From a virus (taxonomy: Duplodnaviria > Caudoviricetes), in the IMG/VR virus record IMGVR_UViG_3300031998_000028, positions 1 through 64,000 of that record: a DNA stretch of 64,000 bases. One strand, 5' to 3'. The position numbers and the translations under genes were made by a program. This document shows positions 46,696 through 56,880 of the stretch, piece after piece. The notes under the pieces are model-generated. The model was not told the DNA's origin, searched no databases, and worked only from the letters and a program-made list of their open reading frames with translations. The stretch's first letter is position 1. Each line of letters starts with the position of its first letter.

Positions 46696-46955
46696 TAGAA
46701 GCTCACCCCCACAGCCGTTGGGATAGAACCGGTTTCATCTAAAACTATATATCCATCCTAGTCCTATTTAAATAAAATTGTAACACTTGTTGGTTCTCCG
46801 CCTCCACTACTAGCTGTTCCTACTGTTTTAATGCCAGCGGCGTTATAAAAATACTTACCGCTGGCAACATCTGAAGCTGTAGCTGTGGTATCCGTAATAT
46901 CAATAAGTACTGTCCCATCTGCGAGTTGTACTTTATTGTTTGCTACTTCGGGCAT
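46695..46955 (-). CDS. Short tail-fibre-associated protein (86 aa, TAG=Gln)
   Basis: NKVQLADGTVLIDITDTTATASDVASGKYFY; TAA overlaps the next ATG only when TAG is read through. Confidence 0.7.
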
Positions 46956-46968
46956 TCAGCCCACCTCC

Positions 46969-47565
46969 TTACGAAGCGGTGCCAATAGTTACAGTTTTTC
47001 CACCGGCCGCGTTGTCAGAATAAACTACTGCGATAGAAGCAACCGTTACTTCACTTAAATAGTTATAAGTTGGACTATCTGGACTAATCGTCTATGAAGT
47101 AAATGTAGGATTTACTGTTTTAGTCTATGCACTAGCACCTTCAGTGCCACTCATAGAGCCGGTTACACCAAGAATTGTAATCCCTTGACGAATATTTGTT
47201 GCAATAATTTTTGATTGCTCTGCTGCGGCAATCATAACTTTACCAGTACCATCATGGTAGCCTTGAGGTATAGTATACTCCTAAGCTTTACTAGTAATAC
47301 TAGCTGTGACTGCACCGCGGTTTGTCATGGTACCAGTATATGCGCTACCTCTAGCATGGAATGTCTTACCAGATAAAGCTTCTGCAATTAATAAAGTATC
47401 ATTAGTGGTATTACTGTCAAAATCACAGGAGCCAGTTACTGGTGCGCCATTTGCGCCATGCGCTGTATAACCACTAAGAAGATGCGCTGCATCAACGGTA
47501 TCTGATGTAAGGTCAATTAATGTAGTACCGTTAGCTAGGGCAACTTTACTTACATAATCAGGCAT
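46969..47565 (-). CDS. Tail-associated protein (198 aa, TAG=Gln)
   Basis: LIDLTSDTV...GYTAH, YTIPQGYHDGTGKV, NIRQGITILGVTG. Confidence 0.75.
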
Positions 47566-47851
47566 TTAAATTTCCTCCAATAAAAATTGTTATTCCGCCG
47601 GCCAGATTAGTCGTCCGGCTTACCTCAATTGCTTCAACTTCTACATCAGAATTCATTAACTTATTATTAGTATATAAAGTTTGATCTTCAAATGAAGGTT
47701 TAACAATATAGGGGCCATTATAATAATTTGTTTGAACTTGTTTACTTAAAATTCCAGTTAATGTTGGCTAAGCACTTAATTGACACCTTAAAGTTGGCTA
47801 TGCAGATAATGTACCTTTTAAATAGCATTTTTTGCAGACGGCTTCGGGCAT
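47558..47851 (-). CDS. Small tail-associated protein (97 aa, TAG=Gln)
   Basis: YNGPYIVKP...TLYT...NLAGGITIFIG; overlaps the next start. Confidence 0.65.
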
Positions 47852-47852
47852 A

Positions 47853-48182
47853 TTAATATACCTCTTCTGTTAGTATTAGTTTTGCTTTACTTATAAAAGT
47901 ATCTACATCACCATTTGCATATGTCATTTCAATATCATAAACATACTCAGCGCATGGAAGAGTTTTTGTTTCTAATGGTGCAATTTCAAATACTAATGTA
48001 TCAGTTGGTATTGGTTTGAGTATTAATGGAGTTGCATCATTATAACGCCTTTTCATAGCAAAACGTATAGAATCTCCTTCTGCAGGTACATATGTATTTC
48101 CCGCCTAATCACTTAAAGAAAGTGTAACTCTTAAAGTGTCGCCTTTTGTTAATGTAATGGTTGAACCTTGAATATTTACCAT
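47853..48182 (-). CDS. BppU-N-like small baseplate protein (109 aa, TAG=Gln)
   Basis: GGAGG SD; ITLTKGDT...YVYDIEM...VDTFI...EEV. Confidence 0.7.
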
Positions 48183-48411
48183 GTATCAAAATCCTCCTGC
48201 AAAAATTACCTAGATGGTTTTAAACCGTCAAGGATTTGATACCATAACGGCGATCATTTGCTTCATTTTATAAGTCGCAAAACTTTATGCTAAATACAAA
48301 AAATTCCATTTAATTTAGTAATTTTTTTGAGATATTATTTTTAAAAAAATGTAATTTCTACAAAACCTCATTTACTTATATATGGAAAAATATTTATCGT
48401 GAGGTAAAATC

Positions 48412-50130
48412 ATGGTTTATAATTAGAATATAAATTTGGACTTAGATACTCGCGCGCCAAGTGTTATAATTGGTGCGAAGTAGTATGATAATAATAGCCG
48501 TACTATTACTGCTACTATATTAGAAAATGGCAAAGCATTAAATATTCCTTCTAATGCTTTAGCATCATATCGTATTCAAAAACCTAATGGGCGCATTAGC
48601 TGGAAAAATGCTCCTATTGATTATGCAAAAAGTACAGTAAAAATTATTTTACGTTCAGAAGACTTATCAGTGAGCGGCCGCAATATAGTTGATGTAGTTT
48701 TAACTATTGGTTCTTTTACACTAGGAACTACCAATTTTATTTTAGATATATAGCCAGCTCCGGATATTCATACCGTAGAACAAGACTCTGAATCTTTAAG
48801 TCATTTAGAAGAACTAGTTCAATAGGCTAATTTTATTATCGAAGGTGCGCAAGCATGGGCGGTTGGTAGACGCGGTGATGAAGCGGTAGTTACTGATAGC
48901 TATACAATTGGGGCACCTGAAGGTTTAAATGTTACTTTAGATTTTGAAACTTTTAAATCATAGATTACTCCTAAAACTGCAGGCTCTACCATTATTTATG
49001 TCTTTACATATACTACTGATGGCTGGGTATATAGTTATAATAATTCTGTTGTTGATATGAGTAGTCTTGGAATTACTATTATTCCAGGAGATGATAATAA
49101 CCCAGTTTTAGGTGATGTAATTAATATTATTGCTGCATATACAGACGAAGCATATTAGAATAATGCTAAATATTATTCTGAGATTGCAGCAAGTATAGCT
49201 ACTTCCGTATAGAGTAATTTAAATACTTTTACTGAGAATTTAAATAATAAATTAGACGTACCTTTAGCTTAGTCAGTAGCCCCAACTAACCCCAAAGTTG
49301 GCGATTTTTGGGTTGATAGTAATGCTGAATTTATTCTTAGAGGCGAAGTTTTAGATTCGGCTAATATTAAACCTGGTGCAGTTCTTGCTAGCCACATAAG
49401 TTAGGGAGCTATTCATGCAATTCATATTGCTGATGGAGCTATTGTGACCTCTGCTATATCATCTGGAGCAATTACAACTGCTGCTTTAGATATAGGTGCA
49501 GTAGATTCTATGAATATACTTTAGGGCGCAGTATAGAGTTGGCATATTGCAAATGGTGCAATAACTAGCCTTGGTATTGAAAGTGGGGCTATTCAGGCAG
49601 AACATTTGAGTCATGGCATTGTTTCTTCTGAACACCTTGTAAGTGGAGCTGTATATAGCGATAATATAGCTAATTATGCAATTTTAAGTAGACATTTAGC
49701 AGTAGATGCTCTTGATGGTGGAAAATTATTAGATGGTAGTATTACAAAAAGGAAATTTGATTTTATAAAAAGTGGATATATAGCAGGACAAAAGGGTAAT
49801 GACACTTACCACGTAAGAGTATAGGCATCACCATCAAGTGCAATTGCGCGAGGATTTATATTACTTAGTGGTAAAAGGGCCTCGGGATTAGTTGCATATA
49901 ATATATAGGATAGTTCAACTGAAGGCACCACTTTTATAGGATATCGTTCTTCTGAAGGTACAGTAACAATAGGTAATAATACTATAACATTACCTGCTAC
50001 TAATCTTGGCCTTAGCCTTGGATCATATGGTCTTAATGTTACTAATAGAACTACTGCTGTAACCACTTTTTTAGTTATAAATGTTACTGGGACAGTTACA
50101 GTTGCAGTTGATAGTGGTATGGTATATTAA
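48412..50130 (+). CDS. BppU-like baseplate/tail-fibre protein with GAI/V decapeptide repeats (572 aa, TAG=Gln)
   Basis: AKQYDNNSR...KPNG N-terminus; repeats GAVLASHISQ/GAIHAIHIAD/GAIVTSAISS at ~49370-49750; TAA 50128-50130. Confidence 0.75.
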
Positions 50131-50142
50131 TGGAGGTTTAAT

Positions 50143-50940
50143 ATGGGCATTTTAAAAAGATGGACAGGTTCTGAATGGGAAGTACTTGGTCTCGGTGTTA
50201 ACGCAGACGTTAACGAAGTAGAGGCCATTAGAACTATTAATGATAAATCTGGAGCTAGTGTAGTTTTAGATGCAGGAGACATTCCATATAGTGCTACTAG
50301 TAGTAACTACCCCTCTAATACTACAGGTAAAACACTATAGACTTTAACTAATATAAGTACACCTTATGTTGCTAATGCAAGTAGCACACTATCACAAATT
50401 TTAAGTGCTATAAGTGCAGGAAAAACTGTATATGCTGATGTAGATAATTATCGTCATAATTTATTATACAAAGGAATGATAGGAACTAACAATCCTGGTG
50501 TATAGTTTACGGCTCTAACAAATGGTAGTATTAATACTATAACTTATACGGGTAGTGGAATGACACAAACAAATACTGTTATAGGCAATAGTAATTTTTG
50601 GGCGACATCTGGCAAAACTACTTTTGAAGAAATCCATACTGCAATTCTTAACAATAAAGCAGTAAAATGTTATTTAGCTAATTTAGTATATGATTTAAGA
50701 TATATTGACTTATCTCAATAGTTAGCTATTTTTACTTGCATAACTGTTGAAAATGATATTCCTATTATATATTGGATTCAAAATTAGAATGCTGATTGGA
50801 CTATCCCTACCCCAAATAGTATTTCTTTAGCACGTACAGCCAATAGTTTACCAAATGCTCCTACTACTAGTGGCACATATATATTAAAAGCAACAATTGC
50901 TAATGGCACACCTACATATTCATGGGAAGCTGAATCATAA
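50143..50940 (+). CDS. Tail-fibre-associated protein (265 aa, TAG=Gln)
   Basis: GGAGG SD; LKRWTGSEWE; C-terminal LPNAPTTSGTYILKAT...YSWE. Confidence 0.7.
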
Positions 50941-51040
50941 ATATCAAAATTCATTTATCCCTTAATTTTTTATAACAATTTTACATAATTTCTACTTTAT
51001 AATGTAGGGAAGATTGAGAATAAATTAAGGAGTCTTTTCT

Positions 51041-51496
51041 ATGGCCTATAATCCTAATACTCTATAGCAATAGCTTCAAGATTTATCTCGACAATATCAA
51101 TCACTAGTAGGCCAACAAATAGTGCCTACATCCCCAGTTCAAATACCAGTCCTTCCACATCAAATTCAATATGTAGAAGGTCTTAATGGAGCAACGCTTT
51201 ATCAAACAAATATGCCATCAAATAGCTCAGAAATAATTCTTGACAAAGATGAAGACATATTTTATAAAGTGTCAAAAGATGCAAACGGAATACCAGCAAA
51301 GAAAATCATTAGATGTCGTTTCACAATTGAAGAAATACAATCGGACGAACCCGATTTCTTAACTCGCAAAGATTTTGAAGAATTTAAAGAAGAATTACGG
51401 CAAATGCTTAACGCGCAATCCTCCGCTCCACTAAAAGTGGAAACAAAATCCCTCAAAAAATCTTCGGGAGATGTGATGCATGAATAGTCTGTTTAA
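51041..51496 (+). CDS. Hypothetical Gln/Pro-rich protein (cluster gene 1)
   Basis: AAGGAG SD; TAG at codons 9 and 11; QYVEGLNGA...ILDKDEDIFYKVSKDANG. Confidence 0.7.
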
Positions 51497-51779
51497 TGGT
51501 TCCAACGCTTTGGCAAAATTATCGAATCTTGCTCAATCTGCTCCTACAATAAATACCGCCCCATAGTCACCTAATCTGTTGTGGATGGCTATTGGGGCGG
51601 CTTTGCGTCATGAATCTCCTCAATCTTTTATGGAAAATTTAGCACAGACACACCCATTACTAAAACAATATGATTTATCTAATTTACCCCAGGCCGCCGC
51701 GCAAATATGCCAGCAAAGAGGGGTAGATATGCAATCTGTTATTCAACAAATTGATAGTGTAACGTCATCTTTTATGTAA
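51480..51779 (+). CDS. Hypothetical protein (cluster gene 2)
   Basis: ATG overlapping gene 1; one TAG; ICQQRGVD C-terminus. Confidence 0.65.
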
Positions 51780-51832
51780 TCACCACGGTCGCGACGTGTT
51801 GAAATTTAATATTTTTTAAAAGGAGATTGATT

Positions 51833-52360
51833 ATGAACGGTTCTTCTACTAGCTCGTTTTTCGGCTCTGATTGGCTCGGCGCGTTTTTAATCATTGCTGT
51901 CTTATTTGGAGGATTTGGCGGCTTTGGTTTTGGTAATCGCGGCGATGGTTTTGCTACTCCTGAATATGTTCAGAGTGCAGTGAACAATCAGTCAACTCAG
52001 ACAGGACTGCGTGACATCCTTTTATCGTCCGCAAATAACAACTATGAAACCGCGCAGCTCATTAACAGTCAGACTCGTGACTTAATGACTATGAATTACA
52101 CTAATCAAATCAATGTAGTTCAAGGTTTCAATGCAATTCAACAGTCTCTTGCTCAGCTTGGGTATCAGATGGATCAGTGCTGCTGCAGTATCAAGACTCA
52201 AATGCTCCAGGATAAGTATGAGAATCTTGAGAATATGTATCGTACTGCCCAGAATGATTTGTCCAATGCTGCGCAGAGCCAGTACATTCTTAATGCGCTC
52301 GGCCGCTTTGTGGCATATCCTGCCTCAGCTGCCGCTGCCGCTGTAACTACTGGTGGTTAA
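51833..52360 (+). CDS. Gly-rich membrane/coiled-coil protein with QCCC motif (cluster gene 3)
   Basis: AAGGAG SD; WLGAFLIIAVLFGGFGGFGFG hydrophobic segment; MDQCCCSIKT; followed by hairpin 52371-52401. Confidence 0.8.
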   Translation: MNGSSTSSFFGSDWLGAFLIIAVLFGGFGGFGFGNRGDGFATPEYVQSAVNNQSTQTGLRDILLSSANNNYETAQLINSQTRDLMTMNYTNQINVVQGFNAIQQSLAQLGYQMDQCCCSIKTQMLQDKYENLENMYRTAQNDLSNAAQSQYILNALGRFVAYPASAAAAAVTTGG

Positions 52361-52414
52361 TACATAATATAAGGGTGGGTATTTATACCCACTCTTTTTT
52401 TGAGGGGAGATAAA

Positions 52415-52726
52415 ATGCGAATAATTAAGTGCTTAACGGAGTATATCAATGAAGAGCTCCATGACGCGCAAAAATATGCAGAGAAGGCCCTAAAAGTAAA
52501 AGCTGACTATCCAGAAGTTGCAGAAGTTTTTGAAAGTTTATCCAATGAAGAATTAAAACATATGTACTCTTTACATGGATAGGTTACAAGACTTATTGAA
52601 AATTATAGAAAACTTTAGGGCGAACCGCCTGCTAATATGCTTGCTGTGTATGATTATTTACATGAGGAAGCAATTAAAAAAGAAAAAGAAATTCGATTAC
52701 TTCAACAAATGTATATAGAAAAATAA
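52415..52726 (+). CDS. Ferritin-like four-helix protein (cluster gene 4, TAG=Gln)
   Basis: EELHDAQKY...EELKH...LH...YDYLHEE; 2 TAG. Confidence 0.7.
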
Positions 52727-52728
52727 AA

Positions 52729-52754
52729 AGAAGCCCTCCGGGGCTTCTATTTTT
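52729..52754 (+). terminator. Intrinsic terminator
   Basis: AGAAGCCC-TCCG-GGGCTTCT followed by ATTTTT. Confidence 0.8.
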
Positions 52755-52759
52755 AAAAT

Positions 52760-52788
52760 TTGATTTTTTGATAAAATTATAGTATAAT
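52760..52788 (+). promoter_or_regulatory. sigmaA-type promoter for GT2/ligase
   Basis: TTGATT-N17-TATAAT. Confidence 0.7.
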
Positions 52789-52832
52789 ATATATATAGTA
52801 GAGGAAAATATATATATTATAGGTGAGAGAAT

Positions 52833-53804
52833 ATGTTAGAAATAGGTATACCTGTATATAAAGCAAAAGATACTTTACCAGAATTGTTAGATTCTATCGT
52901 TGCCTAGACGCGAAAAAAATTTTTTGTATGTTTATCTATTGATGGTGACGGAGAAGATTATTCTGAAATTATTGATACGTATAAGGCGCGTGGCCTTAAA
53001 ATTCGTGTAATTAATTCTGATATTAACGGTGGTCCAGGTATTGCAAGACAACGCGTATTAGATTCTACTTAGTGCGATTTTCTTATGTACGCAGATGCAG
53101 ATGATCTATTAATGCCTCGCGCTGTTGAAGTATTATATAAAAAAATTACAACGAACAATTTAAATATTGTAAGAAGTGCTTTCATTCGCACTCATCGTGA
53201 TACAGAAGATCAAATTTTTAGATGTAATGATGCTATTGTTACTTGGTTTCATGGGAAAATTTATAGAGTATCTTATTTAAAAGAGAAAAATATAAATTTC
53301 CTACCGGAACTTCGTATGGATGAAGATGCATATTTTAATATGCTTGCATGGAATGCAACAACTGCACATGATGTAGTAGAGGAAATAACTTATATTTGGA
53401 GAGAGAATCCTAATTCTATTACAGTTGCTAAAGGTCAAACCGATTATTTTATTAGAAGTCATATGGATTATATACATGGCCAAGTAGAAGCTTTAAAAAA
53501 ATTATTTATGATTACACCAGAAGTCCCAACATTATTGATTACTTTAGAGTTAATTAACATTTTTTATCACTATATGAAAGCTAGATTTTATAAATGTGAT
53601 GAAAAAGAAATGGATGACTGCATTTCTACATTAAAAGATAAGGCTTGGTTATAGGTATGGATGCAGGGCGCGCAAAATTGGATAGATGTTTTGAATAATA
53701 TTAAACCTGGTGAAATTTATGATGGTCAATATGTGGTTTTCTTTGAAGAACCGTTCAATCTATGGGCTGTAAGATTATTTGGTAATAATGAAAAGGAGAC
53801 TTAA
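52833..53804 (+). CDS. GT2-family glycosyltransferase (323 aa, TAG=Gln)
   Basis: IGIPVYK...LDSIVAQT (Q encoded by TAG), IDGD, NGGPGIARQ, YADADD, HGKIYR, EDAYFN. Confidence 0.87.
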
Positions 53805-54917
53805 ATGAAAGGATACGCTGGGGGAATAGATTGGATTAACGCAGAAAGTATGCGTTATTGGAGTTTTCCATCTTCTTATAAAGGAGACAAAAAAGCCGAA
53901 ACTCGTAATATGATTTTTTCTGGCGATTACTGGGGCGCGCTTAAAGTGGATGGTTATTATGAGCGTCTTATTAAAGATGAAGATGGTAATTGTTTTATGG
54001 TCGCGCGCAGCAAGAACGTAAAAGGAGAAGCAGTTAATAAATATGAGTGGGTGCCGCAGATTCATGATTTTATGAAAAGTTTACCAAATGGTACCGTTCT
54101 ACTTTCTGAATGTTATTTGCCTGACAATGAAGGCTCACAAAAAATAACTGGACTTCTTGGATGTTTGAAAGACCGTTGCATCGCACGGCAGGCCGCAGGA
54201 CAAAAACTTCATTTCTACATTTTTGATGTAATGTCATATGCAAACATAGATTGTTCAAAAGACAGTTTTGAACGACGTATTAAAGATTTAATCCATATTA
54301 AAAAATTATTTCCATCTGAATATATATCCTTTGCTACTTATTATGAAGGTGAAGAACTTTGGAATGAACTCCAAAAAGCACTTGCAGATGGTCGCGAAGG
54401 TATGGTCATCATGCGCAAAGATGCCCCAGTTTATTTCAAACGGACGCCAGCGCGCGTGAGTCTCAAAATAAAGAAAGAACTTCGCGAAACAATTGATTGC
54501 TTCTTTACAGGGCGTGCAACTGCACCTACCAAAGACTATACAGGTAAAGAAATTGAAATCTGGCCTTATTGGATACATCAGGAAACTAATGAGCGACTTC
54601 CAATTGGTAATCATTACTATGAAGCTTTTATGGAAGGCAAGCCATATATTCCAGTAACAAAACCATACTATAATCATTGGGCTGGGTCATTAGAAATCGG
54701 TCTCATTGATGACGTTGGCGCAATAATAGGTATCGGTTATTTAAGTGGTTTAACAGATGAAATCAAATCCAACTATAAAGACTATCAATACCGAGTAATT
54801 GAAGTCGGCGCAATGCAACTCACACCAGACGGCGCGCTTCGTCACGGAAAAATGTTGGGATGGCGCGATGACAAAATGTGGAGAGAATGTAATCTTTCAC
54901 AACTTAAAACACTTTAA
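53805..54917 (+). CDS. ATP-dependent DNA ligase
   Basis: KVDG (motif I), FDV, EGMVI, LKIKK, LRHG and OB domain. Confidence 0.88.
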   Translation: MKGYAGGIDWINAESMRYWSFPSSYKGDKKAETRNMIFSGDYWGALKVDGYYERLIKDEDGNCFMVARSKNVKGEAVNKYEWVPQIHDFMKSLPNGTVLLSECYLPDNEGSQKITGLLGCLKDRCIARQAAGQKLHFYIFDVMSYANIDCSKDSFERRIKDLIHIKKLFPSEYISFATYYEGEELWNELQKALADGREGMVIMRKDAPVYFKRTPARVSLKIKKELRETIDCFFTGRATAPTKDYTGKEIEIWPYWIHQETNERLPIGNHYYEAFMEGKPYIPVTKPYYNHWAGSLEIGLIDDVGAIIGIGYLSGLTDEIKSNYKDYQYRVIEVGAMQLTPDGALRHGKMLGWRDDKMWRECNLSQLKTL

Positions 54918-54944
54918 GAGCAGATTATAGTCTGCTCTTTTTTT
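54916..54944 (+). terminator. Intrinsic terminator
   Basis: AAGAGCAGA-TTATAG-TCTGCTCTT followed by a T-tract. Confidence 0.8.
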
Positions 54945-54975
54945 AAGTTCCTTTACAGAATCTCCACTTTAAATT

Positions 54976-55386
54976 ATGAGTAAAGGTGAAGATTTGATTG
55001 AGCATCTACTACGAAAGAAGAAAGTAACTTATACCAAAGAAAAGAGTTTTCCTGGATTCCGTGGCGGAAAAATGCGTTTTGATTTTTATTTACCAAATAC
55101 TTCTACTTTAATTGAAGTGGATGGTGAGTAGCATTTTAGGTATAACTCTTATTTTTATGCCTCAAAAAAGGAATTTAATCATGCAAAGCAAAATGATTAT
55201 TATAAAAATTCTTTTGCTCTCGCGCATGGATATAAATTATATCGTATTCCTTTTTGGGATTTACCAACTATTTAGCATTTTTCAGATATTTTTCAAGACA
55301 AATATTTAGTTAAAAGTAAATGGCATAATGACCAAATTTATCGCTAGTATTTATTGGAGGCACGCTCAAGTGGGAGATTTAAGTAA
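54976..55386 (+). CDS. DUF559/Vsr-like PD-(D/E)xK endonuclease (136 aa, TAG=Gln)
   Basis: RFDFYLP...LIEVDGEQHF (Q encoded by TAG)...KNSFA...LYRIPFW. Confidence 0.8.
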
Positions 55387-55864
55387 TGCTGCTAATCTGA
55401 TTATTTTAGTAGGAGCAGTTATTGTAGCTATTAAGACTATATATGGATTCTTCAAAAAGCCGGTAGAGATTGTGTAGGAAAATGCACGATAGAATGAAGA
55501 AGAACATATAAAAGAAGTTCTAAAAGAAGAAATGCCAGACCTTCTTTCTAAGAACTGTGAACCTATATTGGCCTCGTTAGATGAAATCAAAGAGATGACA
55601 TTAAATCAAGAAGAAAGGCTTGAACAGATGTAGAAATCTTTAGATTTATTAAATGTATCATAGCTTGATATGCTTCGTTATAATATGAATCGTTTATACT
55701 ATAAGTATCGTCCCTATAAAAAGATTCTAGACGCAGACAAACAAGCGTTTTTAAAGCTATATCATGACTATAAAGATATGCATGGTAACACCTGGATTGA
55801 TTCTTTATATAATGAAGTTATAGAATGGCCTATTGTGGCTTCATAGGATGAATTGAAAAATTGA
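55370..55864 (+). CDS. Holin-like single-TM protein (164 aa, TAG=Gln)
   Basis: GGAGG SD, GTG start; N-terminal TM helix, coiled coil, LYHDYKDMHGN motif; 5 TAG. Confidence 0.6.
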
Positions 55865-55889
55865 CATATGAATAAAAATATGATATAAT
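55861..55889 (+). promoter_or_regulatory. sigmaA-type promoter
   Basis: TTGACA-N17-TATAAT with TG. Confidence 0.85.
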
Positions 55890-55914
55890 ATATACATAAG
55901 GGAGGAATTTTCTT

Positions 55915-56880
55915 ATGTATATATTTTTTTCTATTTTGATATTTATTATAGGTATAATATTTTTTATTATTGGTATCAAAAAGTAGAGTCAAGACCTAAT
56001 AAAACTTGAAAAAACTAAAAGTGAATATTTAGAAAATCGTATTAAAGATACCATAAAACGTTGTAATGATTTAGAGCAATTACATAAATAGTTAGAACTA
56101 TAGCGCGATGCCACATTACGAGAATAGCTAATTGAGAAGTAGCATTTAGAAGATCTCCGTAAGCATAGTCATGAGTTACTCTTATCTGAACGAGAACGTA
56201 TTGATACAGAGATAAAAATGACACGCCACCAAAAAATGGAAGAACTCCGAAAGGAATATGATAATTAGCGAGTCCTTTTAGAGCATAATTTTCTTTAGCG
56301 TCGTGATGATATTAATAAATAGCTTGAGACTTGTTAGAATGAATTAAAGGCATTTTAGGATATTTAGGCTTCTATTAATGAAGCCGCGCGCCGTAAGCGT
56401 GAGATAGAAGAACAAGAATCATTCTATTCTATTGATGTTTCTGAAAATGATAGAGAGGATATCTCTGTACTTTAGTCTATGGATACTCGACTACATAATA
56501 GAGATGTAATACCTAAGCTCATATGGGAATTATTTATACGGCGCCCGACCCAAGAGATGATTAAACGCGTGGTTGGTAATGAAAAGGCGAGCGGTATTTA
56601 TAAAATTACCTATAAGAATACAGGAGAAGCGTACATTGGTAAGACGACAGATTTTGCAACTCGATGGCAGAATCATATCAAGACCGCTATTGGACTTGAA
56701 GGAGCTGCGAGAGCTACACTTCATAATCGTATGGCAAAAGATGGTATCTGGAATTACACTTTTGAAATATTAGAACGAGTAGATAAAGAGTCTCTCGCAT
56801 CACGAGAGTCTTATTATATTAATCTATATGGAACAAAATCACAACTCAATATGAAAGAAGGGAATAAAAATGGAACTTAG
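55915..56880 (+). CDS. Membrane-anchored coiled-coil protein with C-terminal GIY-YIG nuclease domain (321 aa, TAG=Gln)
   Basis: GGAGG SD; MYIFFSILIFIIGIIFFIIGI TM helix; TAG-rich coiled coil; SGIYKIT...AYIGKT...RWQNH...E...LN. Confidence 0.8.

Noticed and set aside
48200-48260. Possible structured ncRNA in the divergent intergenic region
   Set aside because: Only a short hairpin (GATGGTTTTAAACCGTC); insufficient support.
49370-49750. Periodic DNA repeat
   Set aside because: Explained by degenerate decapeptide repeats in the tail protein.
39998-50940. Diversity-generating retroelement or invertible shufflon in the tail-fibre region
   Set aside because: No reverse transcriptase, recombinase, near-identical TR/VR pair or inverted crossover sites seen; similarity is at protein-motif level only.
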